DNA of 64,000 bases from Christensenellaceae bacterium (GCA_045651955.1 JAZRTI010000020.1:9667-73666), one strand, 5' to 3'; shown: positions 17,173 through 26,036, counted from the first letter of the stretch. The notes: generated from the letters alone by a model not told the origin. Translations and numbers: made by a program.

Positions 17173-17420
17173 GCAGAACTGAAATTTTAGAAAAATTACA
17201 AGACATCATGATTTCTATCAACGATAGTGATAGAGAAAAGTTGGAAAACACTACCGAAGAATCCAGACTTGTAGAAGACGTAGGCTTAAATTCGGTAGGA
17301 ATGTTATACCTTGTTATCGTGATTGAAGAAAGTTTCCAAATTAAATTTGAAAACGTGGGAACGGCAACGTTTGATACGATTGGCAAAGTGATTGATTATA
17401 TTGAGGCAAAGATGCAATGA
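17163..17420 (+). CDS. acyl carrier protein (stand-alone)
   Basis: It is 85 aa and acidic, with LVEDVGLNSVGMLYLV containing the Ser attachment site. It overlaps the ligase stop by 10 nt. Confidence 0.8.
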   Translation: MQLSRTEILEKLQDIMISINDSDREKLENTTEESRLVEDVGLNSVGMLYLVIVIEESFQIKFENVGTATFDTIGKVIDYIEAKMQ

Positions 17421-18457
17421 TTTGGTGGCAATCGGAATGCAAATTTGGTGATATGATTCGCATTTCTTTCGGCAATTTCTATCATTATGGGATATTTGTT
17501 TCCGAAGAAGAGGTAATTCAGTTTGGTTTACCACCTTTTGAGGGGCTTTTGAACAGAAAGTTTGAAGATATTTCGGTTTGTGTTTCGGATATAGACACTT
17601 TTTCGGGTGGGAGAGTTGTAGAGGTTGCTTCTACGGAAAAGTCAGATAAGCAAAAACGCCTTTCCCCCAAAAAAACCGTTCGGCGTGCGCGCGAAAGTAT
17701 AGGAAAAAAGGGCTACGACATCTTGCATAATAATTGCGAGCATTTTGCAAGATATTGCTATTTGGGCGAAAAAAGAAGTGAAACAACCGAAAGTGTTGTA
17801 TCTGAATGGAAAACCAAACCGGTGTGCGACGTGTATTTTTCCGTTATCCCAAATGAAATTGCATACGAAAGTTTACTGCCAAAGGAAAGAGATGCGGAAA
17901 TTGCCGCTGTTTCCAACGAAAAGGTGAAAAGATCCAAGTATTGGGTCTGGAAAACGCTGGAATACGCACTGTATCGCAGTTTTGGTTATAAATTGCAGGA
18001 TTTGCGCATCCAAAAAAACAAAACGGGCAAATGGACCAGTGATAAGTGCTTTTTCAGCCTTTCGCATACCCAAAACACCGTTGCCGTTATTGTTTCCAAC
18101 CAAGAAACGGGGATAGATATTGAAGATTGTTTATCCTTCGGTCAAAGGATGGAAAATCCAAATACGTTTCATTCTTTTGCTAAAAAAGTGCTTTCAAAAA
18201 AGGAGCCCTTTCCCCAAAACGAAAGGGAGTTACTTACTGTTTGGACGAAAAAAGAATGTTTATTCAAGGCTGGTAACAAAAAAGCGTTTATTCCCCATAA
18301 GATTTGCACAACAGATGGCAACGTTTCCACTTTGTACGTAAAATTCCAAGAAAAGGATTATGCGGTCAGCGTGATAGGAAAGGATCCTTTGCTGTTCAAA
18401 TTCTATTATTATGACGGGCAAAGCGCCACGAAATATAAGGATATGCAATGGAATTAA
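17417..18457 (+). CDS. LRAT/NlpC-P60-like domain fused to an Sfp-type 4'-phosphopantetheinyl transferase
   Basis: The N-terminal part has YHYGIFVS and NNCEHFARYC, which are the LRAT H-box and NCEHF catalytic Cys motif. The C-terminal part has FSLSHT, GIDIED and WTKKECLFKA, which are PPTase motifs. An ATGA overlap joins it to the ACP gene. Confidence 0.75.
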   Translation: MIWWQSECKFGDMIRISFGNFYHYGIFVSEEEVIQFGLPPFEGLLNRKFEDISVCVSDIDTFSGGRVVEVASTEKSDKQKRLSPKKTVRRARESIGKKGYDILHNNCEHFARYCYLGEKRSETTESVVSEWKTKPVCDVYFSVIPNEIAYESLLPKERDAEIAAVSNEKVKRSKYWVWKTLEYALYRSFGYKLQDLRIQKNKTGKWTSDKCFFSLSHTQNTVAVIVSNQETGIDIEDCLSFGQRMENPNTFHSFAKKVLSKKEPFPQNERELLTVWTKKECLFKAGNKKAFIPHKICTTDGNVSTLYVKFQEKDYAVSVIGKDPLLFKFYYYDGQSATKYKDMQWN

Positions 18458-19410
18458 AAGTCTTTATCTATATATTTGTTGGTATCGGTATCTTTTTTGC
18501 CTTGCCTTCTACCGTTTATACTGCAATGTTTTTTGGCATTTTTTATCGGCGAAAGAGTATTTTGCTTGAAAAAGATGATTTAACCAAAACGCAGTATTTT
18601 CCTGTTGCAGAACGCTTAAAAACGGATATTTTGTATGCAAAATCCCTTCCTTTTGAAAGGGTAACGTTGCAAGCGGCAGACGGGGTAACCCTGCTGGGAA
18701 GATATTATAATTGCAACACAAACAAGGCAATTATCTTTGTGCACGGCTATCAGTCTAATGCGTTTAATAACTTTGCCGCGGCAATGGTTGATTTTCTAAA
18801 TTGCGGATACAGCGTTCTTTTGGTTGACCAAAGGGCGCATGGGGAAAGCGGCGGTAAGTTTACCACCCTTGGCGATAGAGAGAAAGGGGATTTATTACTT
18901 TGGATTGATTATCTTTCCGCAAAGGCAGAATTAAATAATATCGTTGTCTATGGGATTTCCATGGGGGCTACAACGGTAGGTTTGACTGCGGAAAATATAA
19001 AGACGGATAAAGTAAAATGCTTAATTATGGAAGCGGGATTTACCTGTTTTTATGATGAACTGGTCAGCAGTTTGGGTGCCGTGTTTATGAAACAGGCGGC
19101 CTTAAACTATATTTATTTGATGTCTAAAAGCGTATTGAAAGCGGATATTAAGAAAAGCGTGGAACCATCCTTGAAAAACAATAAAATTCCCGTACTGTTT
19201 TTGCATGGGGATATAGATAAGGAAGTTTCCATGGATTTTACGGATAGAATGTATAACGCTTGCGCTGCCGATAAGCAAAAAATAACGGTTACAGGGGCAG
19301 GACATACCCTTTGTTATGTGATTGGTGGGGCAGTTTTACATCAACAAATTCATAAATTTTTAGATAAATTTATTTGCAAAAGCGAAAATAAAGAGGTGCA
19401 GAATGACTAA
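18448..19410 (+). CDS. membrane-anchored alpha/beta hydrolase (Ser nucleophile)
   Basis: It has an N-terminal TM segment, a GISMG nucleophile elbow, and HGDID and GAGHT triad candidates. Confidence 0.8.
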   Translation: MELKVFIYIFVGIGIFFALPSTVYTAMFFGIFYRRKSILLEKDDLTKTQYFPVAERLKTDILYAKSLPFERVTLQAADGVTLLGRYYNCNTNKAIIFVHGYQSNAFNNFAAAMVDFLNCGYSVLLVDQRAHGESGGKFTTLGDREKGDLLLWIDYLSAKAELNNIVVYGISMGATTVGLTAENIKTDKVKCLIMEAGFTCFYDELVSSLGAVFMKQAALNYIYLMSKSVLKADIKKSVEPSLKNNKIPVLFLHGDIDKEVSMDFTDRMYNACAADKQKITVTGAGHTLCYVIGGAVLHQQIHKFLDKFICKSENKEVQND

Positions 19411-20356
19411 ACAATTTGTTATATTGCCCGACGTAACGTGTGATTTGAATGCGGAAATTCGCAAAAAATACGATATTGACGTTATTTATGGGCACGTGCG
19501 CTATCCGAACGGACAAGAAGAAAAGTCTATGTTGGATTGGAAGGATTGCTCCATATTAAAAGAGCCTAGGGGGGAGGATTTTTACGAGGCGTTAAGTAAA
19601 AATCCCAACGGTTTTACAACGGCACCGCCGAATATACAGGAATTTTACAATGCTTTTGAAAAATATGTAAAGGAAGGATACGGAGTTCTTTCAATGACTA
19701 TTTCTTCGGGGATGAGCGGTACTTATAATTTCGCGCTGAAAGCAAAAGAAATGGTGCTGGAAAAATATCCGGATGCAAAAATAGAGTGTTTTGATTCCTT
19801 GCGCTTTGGTCCCGGTTACGGTTTAATGGCAATTCATGCCGCGCTGTTAAGGGAGGAAGGGAAATCTCTTGCCGAGGTAAAAGCATGTTTGGAAGAAAAG
19901 AAAAACTGCTTTCATCAAATGGGTTGGTTGGACGATTTATCCTTCGTTGCAAAAAAGGGTAGAATTTCACACGCCAAAGCGTTTATGGGAAAGTTGATAG
20001 GAATAAAGCCCTTGGGCGAATTTGATTATAACGGATTGACCACCATTGTTGGCAAAGCAAAAGGCGAAAAAACAGCTTATCAGGCAATACTTTCGTATAT
20101 GGAACAAACGATGGAAAATCCCGAAGAACAAGTGATTATTGTTGCGCATACCGCCAGAAGAGCTCAAGCAGAATGTTTCAAACAACTGATTGTGGATAAG
20201 TTCCACCCCAAGGAAATCTATTTGAATGACGTGTATCCTGCATGCGGCATCAATATAGGTCCTGGGCTGATGGCAGCATATTATGTAGGCAAGCCGCTTT
20301 CCGTCGGTTTAGAGGAAGAAAAGAAATTGATTTCTTCTATATTAGCAAAAAAGTAG
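19403..20356 (+). CDS. DegV-family fatty-acid-binding protein (FakB-like)
   Basis: It has a DegV-type N-terminus FVILPDVTCDL and is 317 aa. It overlaps the upstream gene by 8 nt. Confidence 0.8.
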   Translation: MTKQFVILPDVTCDLNAEIRKKYDIDVIYGHVRYPNGQEEKSMLDWKDCSILKEPRGEDFYEALSKNPNGFTTAPPNIQEFYNAFEKYVKEGYGVLSMTISSGMSGTYNFALKAKEMVLEKYPDAKIECFDSLRFGPGYGLMAIHAALLREEGKSLAEVKACLEEKKNCFHQMGWLDDLSFVAKKGRISHAKAFMGKLIGIKPLGEFDYNGLTTIVGKAKGEKTAYQAILSYMEQTMENPEEQVIIVAHTARRAQAECFKQLIVDKFHPKEIYLNDVYPACGINIGPGLMAAYYVGKPLSVGLEEEKKLISSILAKK

Positions 20357-20370
20357 AGAGGTAAAAGTCA

Positions 20371-21762
20371 ATGCAAAAGATTACGGGGAAAAAGAAATTG
20401 TTTCTTTACGGAATGGCCGGATTAGGTATCAATATGCTTAATCTGATTATCGGGTCGTACCTTTGCGACGCATTAATGGTTGAAGGTTTCCAAGAAAACA
20501 TTGAAAATTGGACGTACTTAAATAAAACCCTTGTCGTTGCGGGAATTTGGTCCGTTATGATTGCGATTGCTAAAATTTTGGACGGGGTAATTGATATTCC
20601 CTTTGCTGGATGGACGGATAAATTAAAATCCAGGTGGGGAAAAAGAAGACCTGCAATTTTACTGGGAATGATTCCTATGTTAATTGCATACGTTTTGTTC
20701 TTAACGCCCTTAAAAAATGCAGAACACAGCATTTTGAACACAATCTGGTTTGGGGGTATGCTTTGTGCATTCTACGCGTTCTACACGTTGACAATGGTTA
20801 CGTATTATGCAACCTTTTCGGAAATTGTAGATAACGAACATGACCGGGTTACCTTATCTAATTATAAAACCGTGTTTGACGTAGTGTATTTTGTGCTTGG
20901 TTATGCTTTAATTCCTGCGTTTATAGGTAGCGCAAATATTCGCATCATTGCATTGGCGTTCATCCCTTTATCTATGACGATGTTAATTCCTTTATTTATG
21001 ATTAAGGAAAAGTCAACGCTGGATAAGGATGTAGAAGAATACAAGAAAAACGGCGAACTGCAAGAGGATGAAGAAAAGGAAGAACACGTCGGAATTTTGG
21101 AATCTTTTAAGTATGCGGTAAAAAACAAAAGCTTTATGATTTGGATGGTTGTTTACTTTGCTTTGGAATTTTCTACGCAAATGTTTTTAACCGGACAAAA
21201 CGTTTTGTATTCGGGTTATATGGGCTTTGAAGGCTTTAATATTACAATAATTATGGCGTGTGCGTTTGCGCCTGTTCCCTTTACCTTGTTACTGTATAAC
21301 AAAATCGTCAAAAAACACGGGATCAGAATGGGATATATTTTCTCCCTAACGGCATACTTGCTGGCTATGGTGGTTACTGCAATTTGCTCGCAAAATATTA
21401 TCCCGAATGAAACCGCGCGACTGATTGTAGCGGCATGCGGCGGTATTTTATCTGCGTTCGGAACGGGATGTTTCTTTTCTATCAATTACACCATTCCTTC
21501 CACCCTTGCAGATAACGAAAGAAGAGCAACGGGAATTTCACACCCTGCAATGTACTTTGCAATCCAAGGGCTGTTTGGGGGCGTGGCAACCGCAATTTCA
21601 ACGGGTTTGGTATGGGTAAATCTGAAAAACCTTGGTGGCGGCAGCTATATTTGGTTGATGCCTATTGTTGTTATTGTGGGTGGACTTGTTTCTATGATTT
21701 TAACGAAATTTATGAGCAAGGACGTAAGCAGTATTGGTAAAATTGACAAACAAAAGGAATAA
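20371..21762 (+). CDS. MFS transporter of the GPH (MelB/MFS_2-like) type
   Basis: It has about 12 hydrophobic segments and a DGVIDIPFAGWTDKLKSRWGKRRP loop typical of glycoside-pentoside-hexuronide-type MFS transporters. Confidence 0.75.
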   Translation: MQKITGKKKLFLYGMAGLGINMLNLIIGSYLCDALMVEGFQENIENWTYLNKTLVVAGIWSVMIAIAKILDGVIDIPFAGWTDKLKSRWGKRRPAILLGMIPMLIAYVLFLTPLKNAEHSILNTIWFGGMLCAFYAFYTLTMVTYYATFSEIVDNEHDRVTLSNYKTVFDVVYFVLGYALIPAFIGSANIRIIALAFIPLSMTMLIPLFMIKEKSTLDKDVEEYKKNGELQEDEEKEEHVGILESFKYAVKNKSFMIWMVVYFALEFSTQMFLTGQNVLYSGYMGFEGFNITIIMACAFAPVPFTLLLYNKIVKKHGIRMGYIFSLTAYLLAMVVTAICSQNIIPNETARLIVAACGGILSAFGTGCFFSINYTIPSTLADNERRATGISHPAMYFAIQGLFGGVATAISTGLVWVNLKNLGGGSYIWLMPIVVIVGGLVSMILTKFMSKDVSSIGKIDKQKE

Positions 21763-21765
21763 TTC

Positions 21766-23403
21766 ATGAAGTTAAAAAGGATAAACGGTCATACTTTTGA
21801 ATGTATGATAAAAAACGGCCTGGCAAATCTGAAACAGTACGAGGAAAAAGTGAACGCAATGAACGTTTTTCCTGTTACTGACGGTGATACGGGTACGAAT
21901 ATGTGCTTAACGCTGGAAAACGGGATTAGGCACGCGCAATCAAATGATGATTTGGGGCAATACCTAAAAGGGTTAAGTGAAGGTATGCTGTTGGGCGCAC
22001 GGGGAAACTCGGGTGTTATTCTTTCGCAAATTTTCAGGGGGTTTTTCTTGGAACTTGCAAGGGACAGTATTGCAGACGTTTCCGAATTGAAAGATGCCTT
22101 TATCCGCGGATATCAAACCGCATACCAAACGGTTGCCCGCCCGGTAGAAGGGACAATGCTTACTGTTGCGCGTTTGGGCATAGAGAATATTAAAGCCCAG
22201 GTTGGCAGGGGGATATACATTCCCAATCTGTTTTCTATGTACTTGGCGGAAATGAAAAAAACCTTAGCGCAGACCCCCGAAATGTTATCCGTTTTGAAAG
22301 ATGCCGGTGTGGTTGATAGCGGCGGTATGGGGTACGTACTTTTGGTAGAAGGGATGGAAAAGTACTTGTATGGGGAAGAAATTACGGCGCACAGCCTAGA
22401 TATTTCTCCGCAAAACACTGTGTATACCAACAGCGGCACCTTTAACGCTTCTTCGCATTTTGACCTGGGCTATTGCATGGAGTTTTTGCTGCAATTATTA
22501 AATTACAGGCAAGCAATTTGCTTGGATGACTATATCAAAGTTTTGCAAACGTTTGGGGATTCCCTTGTTTGCGTGCAAAATGATGAAATCATTAAAGTAC
22601 ATATTCACACAAAAGTTCCAAGTAAAATTATAGAAGAAAGCCAAAAGTATGGTGAATTTGTTTCTTTCAAGTTGGAAAACATGCAACTGCAGCATGACGA
22701 GTTGATGGAAACGGTTGCCGTAACAAAGGATATTCCCCATAAGCCGATTGCCATGATTGCAATTTCCAATGGGGAGGGAATTAAAGATTTATTTGATTCC
22801 TTTGGTTGCGACGTGATAATTGACGGCGGAAAAACCATGAATACTTCGGCAGAAGAAATTTTGCATGCTTTGCAAAGTGTATCTGCGGATAAAATTGTGT
22901 TTTTCCCCAATCATGAAAATATTGTGAAAGCGGCTGAACAAGCGGTAAAAATATCCAATCTGAACAACGTGGTTATTATGCCAAGCAAAAACGTAATGGA
23001 ATGTTATTACGCGCTGGCAATGGATATTCCTGATTGCGAGGATGTGGATGCAAGGGTTCAAGCCATGCAAGAAGGTTGCAGCGCAGTTAGAACCTTCCAA
23101 ATTACGCAATGTGTAAAAAGTTGCGTTTGCAATGGTATTGTGTGCACAAAAGGGGAGTTTGTTATCATAGAAAAAGGAACTCCCGTTGCCTGCGTAAAAG
23201 ACTATCGCCACGTGATTGATATTTTTGAGTATAAGAAAGTTTTTGATGAAGCCGAAAATTGCATTATTTTCACGGGTTTAGGGCTCAACAATTTTGATTC
23301 ACAACAATACGAACAGTTGTTAAAGGATAAGTTTGGCGAAATTGACGTTTCCTTTTTGGATGGAAAACAAAGAATTTATGATTTAATAATTGGGGTGATA
23401 TAA
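21766..23403 (+). CDS. fakA: Dak2-domain protein of the YloV/FakA (fatty acid kinase) type
   Basis: It has the DhaL-like N-terminus FPVTDGDTGTNM...RGNSGVILSQ and is 545 aa, the same architecture as Firmicute FakA. Confidence 0.7.
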   Translation: MKLKRINGHTFECMIKNGLANLKQYEEKVNAMNVFPVTDGDTGTNMCLTLENGIRHAQSNDDLGQYLKGLSEGMLLGARGNSGVILSQIFRGFFLELARDSIADVSELKDAFIRGYQTAYQTVARPVEGTMLTVARLGIENIKAQVGRGIYIPNLFSMYLAEMKKTLAQTPEMLSVLKDAGVVDSGGMGYVLLVEGMEKYLYGEEITAHSLDISPQNTVYTNSGTFNASSHFDLGYCMEFLLQLLNYRQAICLDDYIKVLQTFGDSLVCVQNDEIIKVHIHTKVPSKIIEESQKYGEFVSFKLENMQLQHDELMETVAVTKDIPHKPIAMIAISNGEGIKDLFDSFGCDVIIDGGKTMNTSAEEILHALQSVSADKIVFFPNHENIVKAAEQAVKISNLNNVVIMPSKNVMECYYALAMDIPDCEDVDARVQAMQEGCSAVRTFQITQCVKSCVCNGIVCTKGEFVIIEKGTPVACVKDYRHVIDIFEYKKVFDEAENCIIFTGLGLNNFDSQQYEQLLKDKFGEIDVSFLDGKQRIYDLIIGVI

Positions 23404-23404
23404 A

Positions 23405-24355
23405 ATGGAAATTTGGCAAATAATATTATTAGCTGTTGCCGCATCCGGGATTTTATTCTGGATTTCTTCCTATTTTATCATTGCGTTTATTGTTTACAGA
23501 ATCACCTTGGTAAGAACCTCTCCCGAAAAGTGGTCAAGACAATGCAGTATTACGGATGACGAAGAGCAGGTTGCAATGTATAAGCAGTCTGAAATTTGGT
23601 TATCTGCGTTTATTGATAAAAAAACGGACGTAGATATTGTAAGCGATGGATTCCATCTGTTTGGGGAATATCTGGATTTCGGATGCGATAAAGCGGTAAT
23701 TATCATTGCGGGCAGAACGGAAGGTTGCAAATATTCGTATTATTTTGCCGAACCGTACCGCAAGGCAGGATATAACGTTTTGGTAATTGATAACCGTGCA
23801 CACGGGTTGTCCGAGGGAAAATATAATTCTTTGGGGCTTAAAGAATATTCGGATATTGTTGCCTGGGGAAAATTTTTACACGAAGAAAAACACAATCAAA
23901 AAATTGTTCTTCACGGCATTTGCATTGGCTCTGCCACGGCTTTATATGCACTGATTTCAGACCGTTGCCCCGATTATATGGTGGGTATGGTTGCAGACGG
24001 CATGTACGTTGATTTTAAGGAAACAACCAAAAACCATATGATAGAGCAAAACCGTCCGGTTTACCCTTGCTTAAACCTTCTTATGTGGTATTTTAAGTTG
24101 TTTACAAAAGAAGATGCGGTGAAAAACGGTCCGATTCAAGTGATTGGTAAATTAAAAAAACCCATACTTTTTATTTACAGTAAAAAAGATATTTACTCAC
24201 TGCCCGAAAAGGGGCAACTTTTATACGATACCTGCCAAAGTAAAAAGAAATTGGTTTGGTTTGAAAAGGGTGCTCATTCTAAGGTGAGAATTAACAATCA
24301 GGAAAAATACGATAACACAGTAATAGAATATCTAAATGAAACCTTTAATACATAG
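23405..24355 (+). CDS. membrane-anchored alpha/beta hydrolase paralog with a Cys in the nucleophile elbow
   Basis: It is a paralog of 18448..19410 (VLVIDNRAHGLSEGK versus VLLVDQRAHGESGGK). Its elbow reads GICIG, with Cys codon TGC at 23921-23923, instead of GXSXG. Confidence 0.75.
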   Translation: MEIWQIILLAVAASGILFWISSYFIIAFIVYRITLVRTSPEKWSRQCSITDDEEQVAMYKQSEIWLSAFIDKKTDVDIVSDGFHLFGEYLDFGCDKAVIIIAGRTEGCKYSYYFAEPYRKAGYNVLVIDNRAHGLSEGKYNSLGLKEYSDIVAWGKFLHEEKHNQKIVLHGICIGSATALYALISDRCPDYMVGMVADGMYVDFKETTKNHMIEQNRPVYPCLNLLMWYFKLFTKEDAVKNGPIQVIGKLKKPILFIYSKKDIYSLPEKGQLLYDTCQSKKKLVWFEKGAHSKVRINNQEKYDNTVIEYLNETFNT

Positions 24356-25446
24356 TGGGGTATATTTTGGAAAAAGAAAAAAAGACGGGCAGTTCAAAAA
24401 AGACCAAACGGATCATTGCTTTGATTGCCGTTTTAAGTGGGCTTAGCAGCGGTACAATCTTTGCCGCGAAAGAAGTTTACGATTCCTGTTTTGATAGGTA
24501 TGATAAGAAAAAATTGAGTACCGTTTACGGTGAATTTGATTACAGCAGGGTTTCTGATAAACTGAATCGCCACCTGTTTCATTTTTACTCGGGAAAAATT
24601 AAATTGCAAGGGTATTTTTATCCTGCGGAAAATTCCAAGGGAGTGGTGGTTGTCAGCCATGGCATGCATGCGGGCGCAGATGACTATTTGCCCATAATCA
24701 GTTATTTGGTAAACTGCAATTTTTCGGTTTTTGCATACGACTGCAAAGGAACTTATAATTCAGAAGGCGACTCTACGGTGGGAATGATTACACCGTTGGT
24801 TGACTTAGATTATGCGCTGCGCTTTATTGAAAAGGATTCGTATTTATCAAAGCAACCCATATTTTTGTTGGGACATTCCTGGGGCGGATATGCAGCAACT
24901 TCCGTGCTTTCCCTGCATGATAATATTAAAGCTTGTGCGGCAATTGCACCTTTTAACAGCGGTTATACGCTGATTGCTGAAAAAGGGGAGCAGTATGCAG
25001 GACCTTTGGCGGGTGGTTTGCCCAAACTGTTCTTGGATACTTATCAAAAAATACTGTTCAAGAATTACACCAAATATGATGCGGTAAAGGGAATTAACAG
25101 TACGGATGTTCCCGTATTGATTGCGCACGGAAATAAGGATAGCGTTATTACTTTTGACGGGCAGTCGGTTATATCGCACAGAAAGGAAATTCGGGCTGAA
25201 AACGTGTATTATTATATTGGAAAAGCCGAAAATTCGGGGCACAATACGATTATGCACTCTAAAGCTGCTGTAAAATATCAAAAAGAAGTGGAAGAAGAGT
25301 TGGCAAAATTAAAAGCGGAAAAAGGGAAAACCTTAACCGAAAGCGACTTGGAAGCCTTTTGCAACAACGTAAATCATTCTCTTTACAGCGAAGTAAATGA
25401 AGAATTGATGAATAAAATTGTGGATATGTTTAATAAAACATTATAA
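24355..25446 (+). CDS. membrane-anchored alpha/beta hydrolase
   Basis: It has an N-terminal TM segment, a GHSWG elbow, and AHGNKD and SGHN triad candidates. The start is uncertain (GTG 24355 or TTG 24367). Confidence 0.75.
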   Translation: MGYILEKEKKTGSSKKTKRIIALIAVLSGLSSGTIFAAKEVYDSCFDRYDKKKLSTVYGEFDYSRVSDKLNRHLFHFYSGKIKLQGYFYPAENSKGVVVVSHGMHAGADDYLPIISYLVNCNFSVFAYDCKGTYNSEGDSTVGMITPLVDLDYALRFIEKDSYLSKQPIFLLGHSWGGYAATSVLSLHDNIKACAAIAPFNSGYTLIAEKGEQYAGPLAGGLPKLFLDTYQKILFKNYTKYDAVKGINSTDVPVLIAHGNKDSVITFDGQSVISHRKEIRAENVYYYIGKAENSGHNTIMHSKAAVKYQKEVEEELAKLKAEKGKTLTESDLEAFCNNVNHSLYSEVNEELMNKIVDMFNKTL

Positions 25447-25459
25447 AGGAGAAAAAAAT

Positions 25460-25930
25460 ATGTATTGTCAAAACTGCGGTAAATTTATTGGGAACGATGC
25501 AACGTTATGTGATGAGTGCAGGGAGAAATCTGGGGCGGCTGAAACCGTTACCCAAAATGCTACGCAAGCGCCAAACCCTGCAAATCAATTTACATATACC
25601 CCCGAAAGCGCGGTTAGCTTAGGTAAGGCCATTGCGGCAATGGTTTTATCCAACGTGGGTTTTTTGCTTATTTACATAGGTATTTTCGTGCTGGTTGGCT
25701 TACTGGCGTCAGAATCTGATTTGGGTGGAATGCCTGTCCTTTTCTTTTTTGGGTTTATTGTAACTTTGCTTGGGTTGATTTTCGGTATTCAATCCATCAA
25801 CCACTTTAAGGCAACATCTATGGTAAAAACCGGAAAAAGAATACCCCTTTTAATTTTGGGCATTATTTCTGTTGTGCTGGCATCCCTTGGGTTGTTTATT
25901 GGGGCTATTCTATTGATTGCGTTGCTGTAA
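25460..25930 (+). CDS. zinc-ribbon membrane protein
   Basis: MYCQNCGKFIGNDATLCDEC forms a zinc ribbon, followed by about 4 TM segments. AAGGAG lies upstream of ATG 25460. Confidence 0.7.
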   Translation: MYCQNCGKFIGNDATLCDECREKSGAAETVTQNATQAPNPANQFTYTPESAVSLGKAIAAMVLSNVGFLLIYIGIFVLVGLLASESDLGGMPVLFFFGFIVTLLGLIFGIQSINHFKATSMVKTGKRIPLLILGIISVVLASLGLFIGAILLIALL

Positions 25931-25946
25931 ATAACTGAATAGTGTA

Positions 25947-25989
25947 GCGGTTAAACGGTTCCGTGTTGGGGTGTTTAGCCGCTTTTTTT
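25947..25989 (+). terminator. rho-independent terminator
   Basis: The stem gcggttaaac/gtttagccgc is followed by a T7 run. This is the first terminator after the 12.4-25.9 kb gene string. Confidence 0.75.
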
Positions 25990-26008
25990 ATTATATGAAT
26001 GAAACATA

Positions 26009-26036
26009 TTGAATTTTTTAATTTTTCTGATATAAT
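26009..26036 (+). promoter_or_regulatory. candidate promoter (TTGAAT-16-TGaTATAAT)
   Basis: The -35 is at 26009-26014 and the extended -10 TATAAT at 26031-36. Confidence 0.45.
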
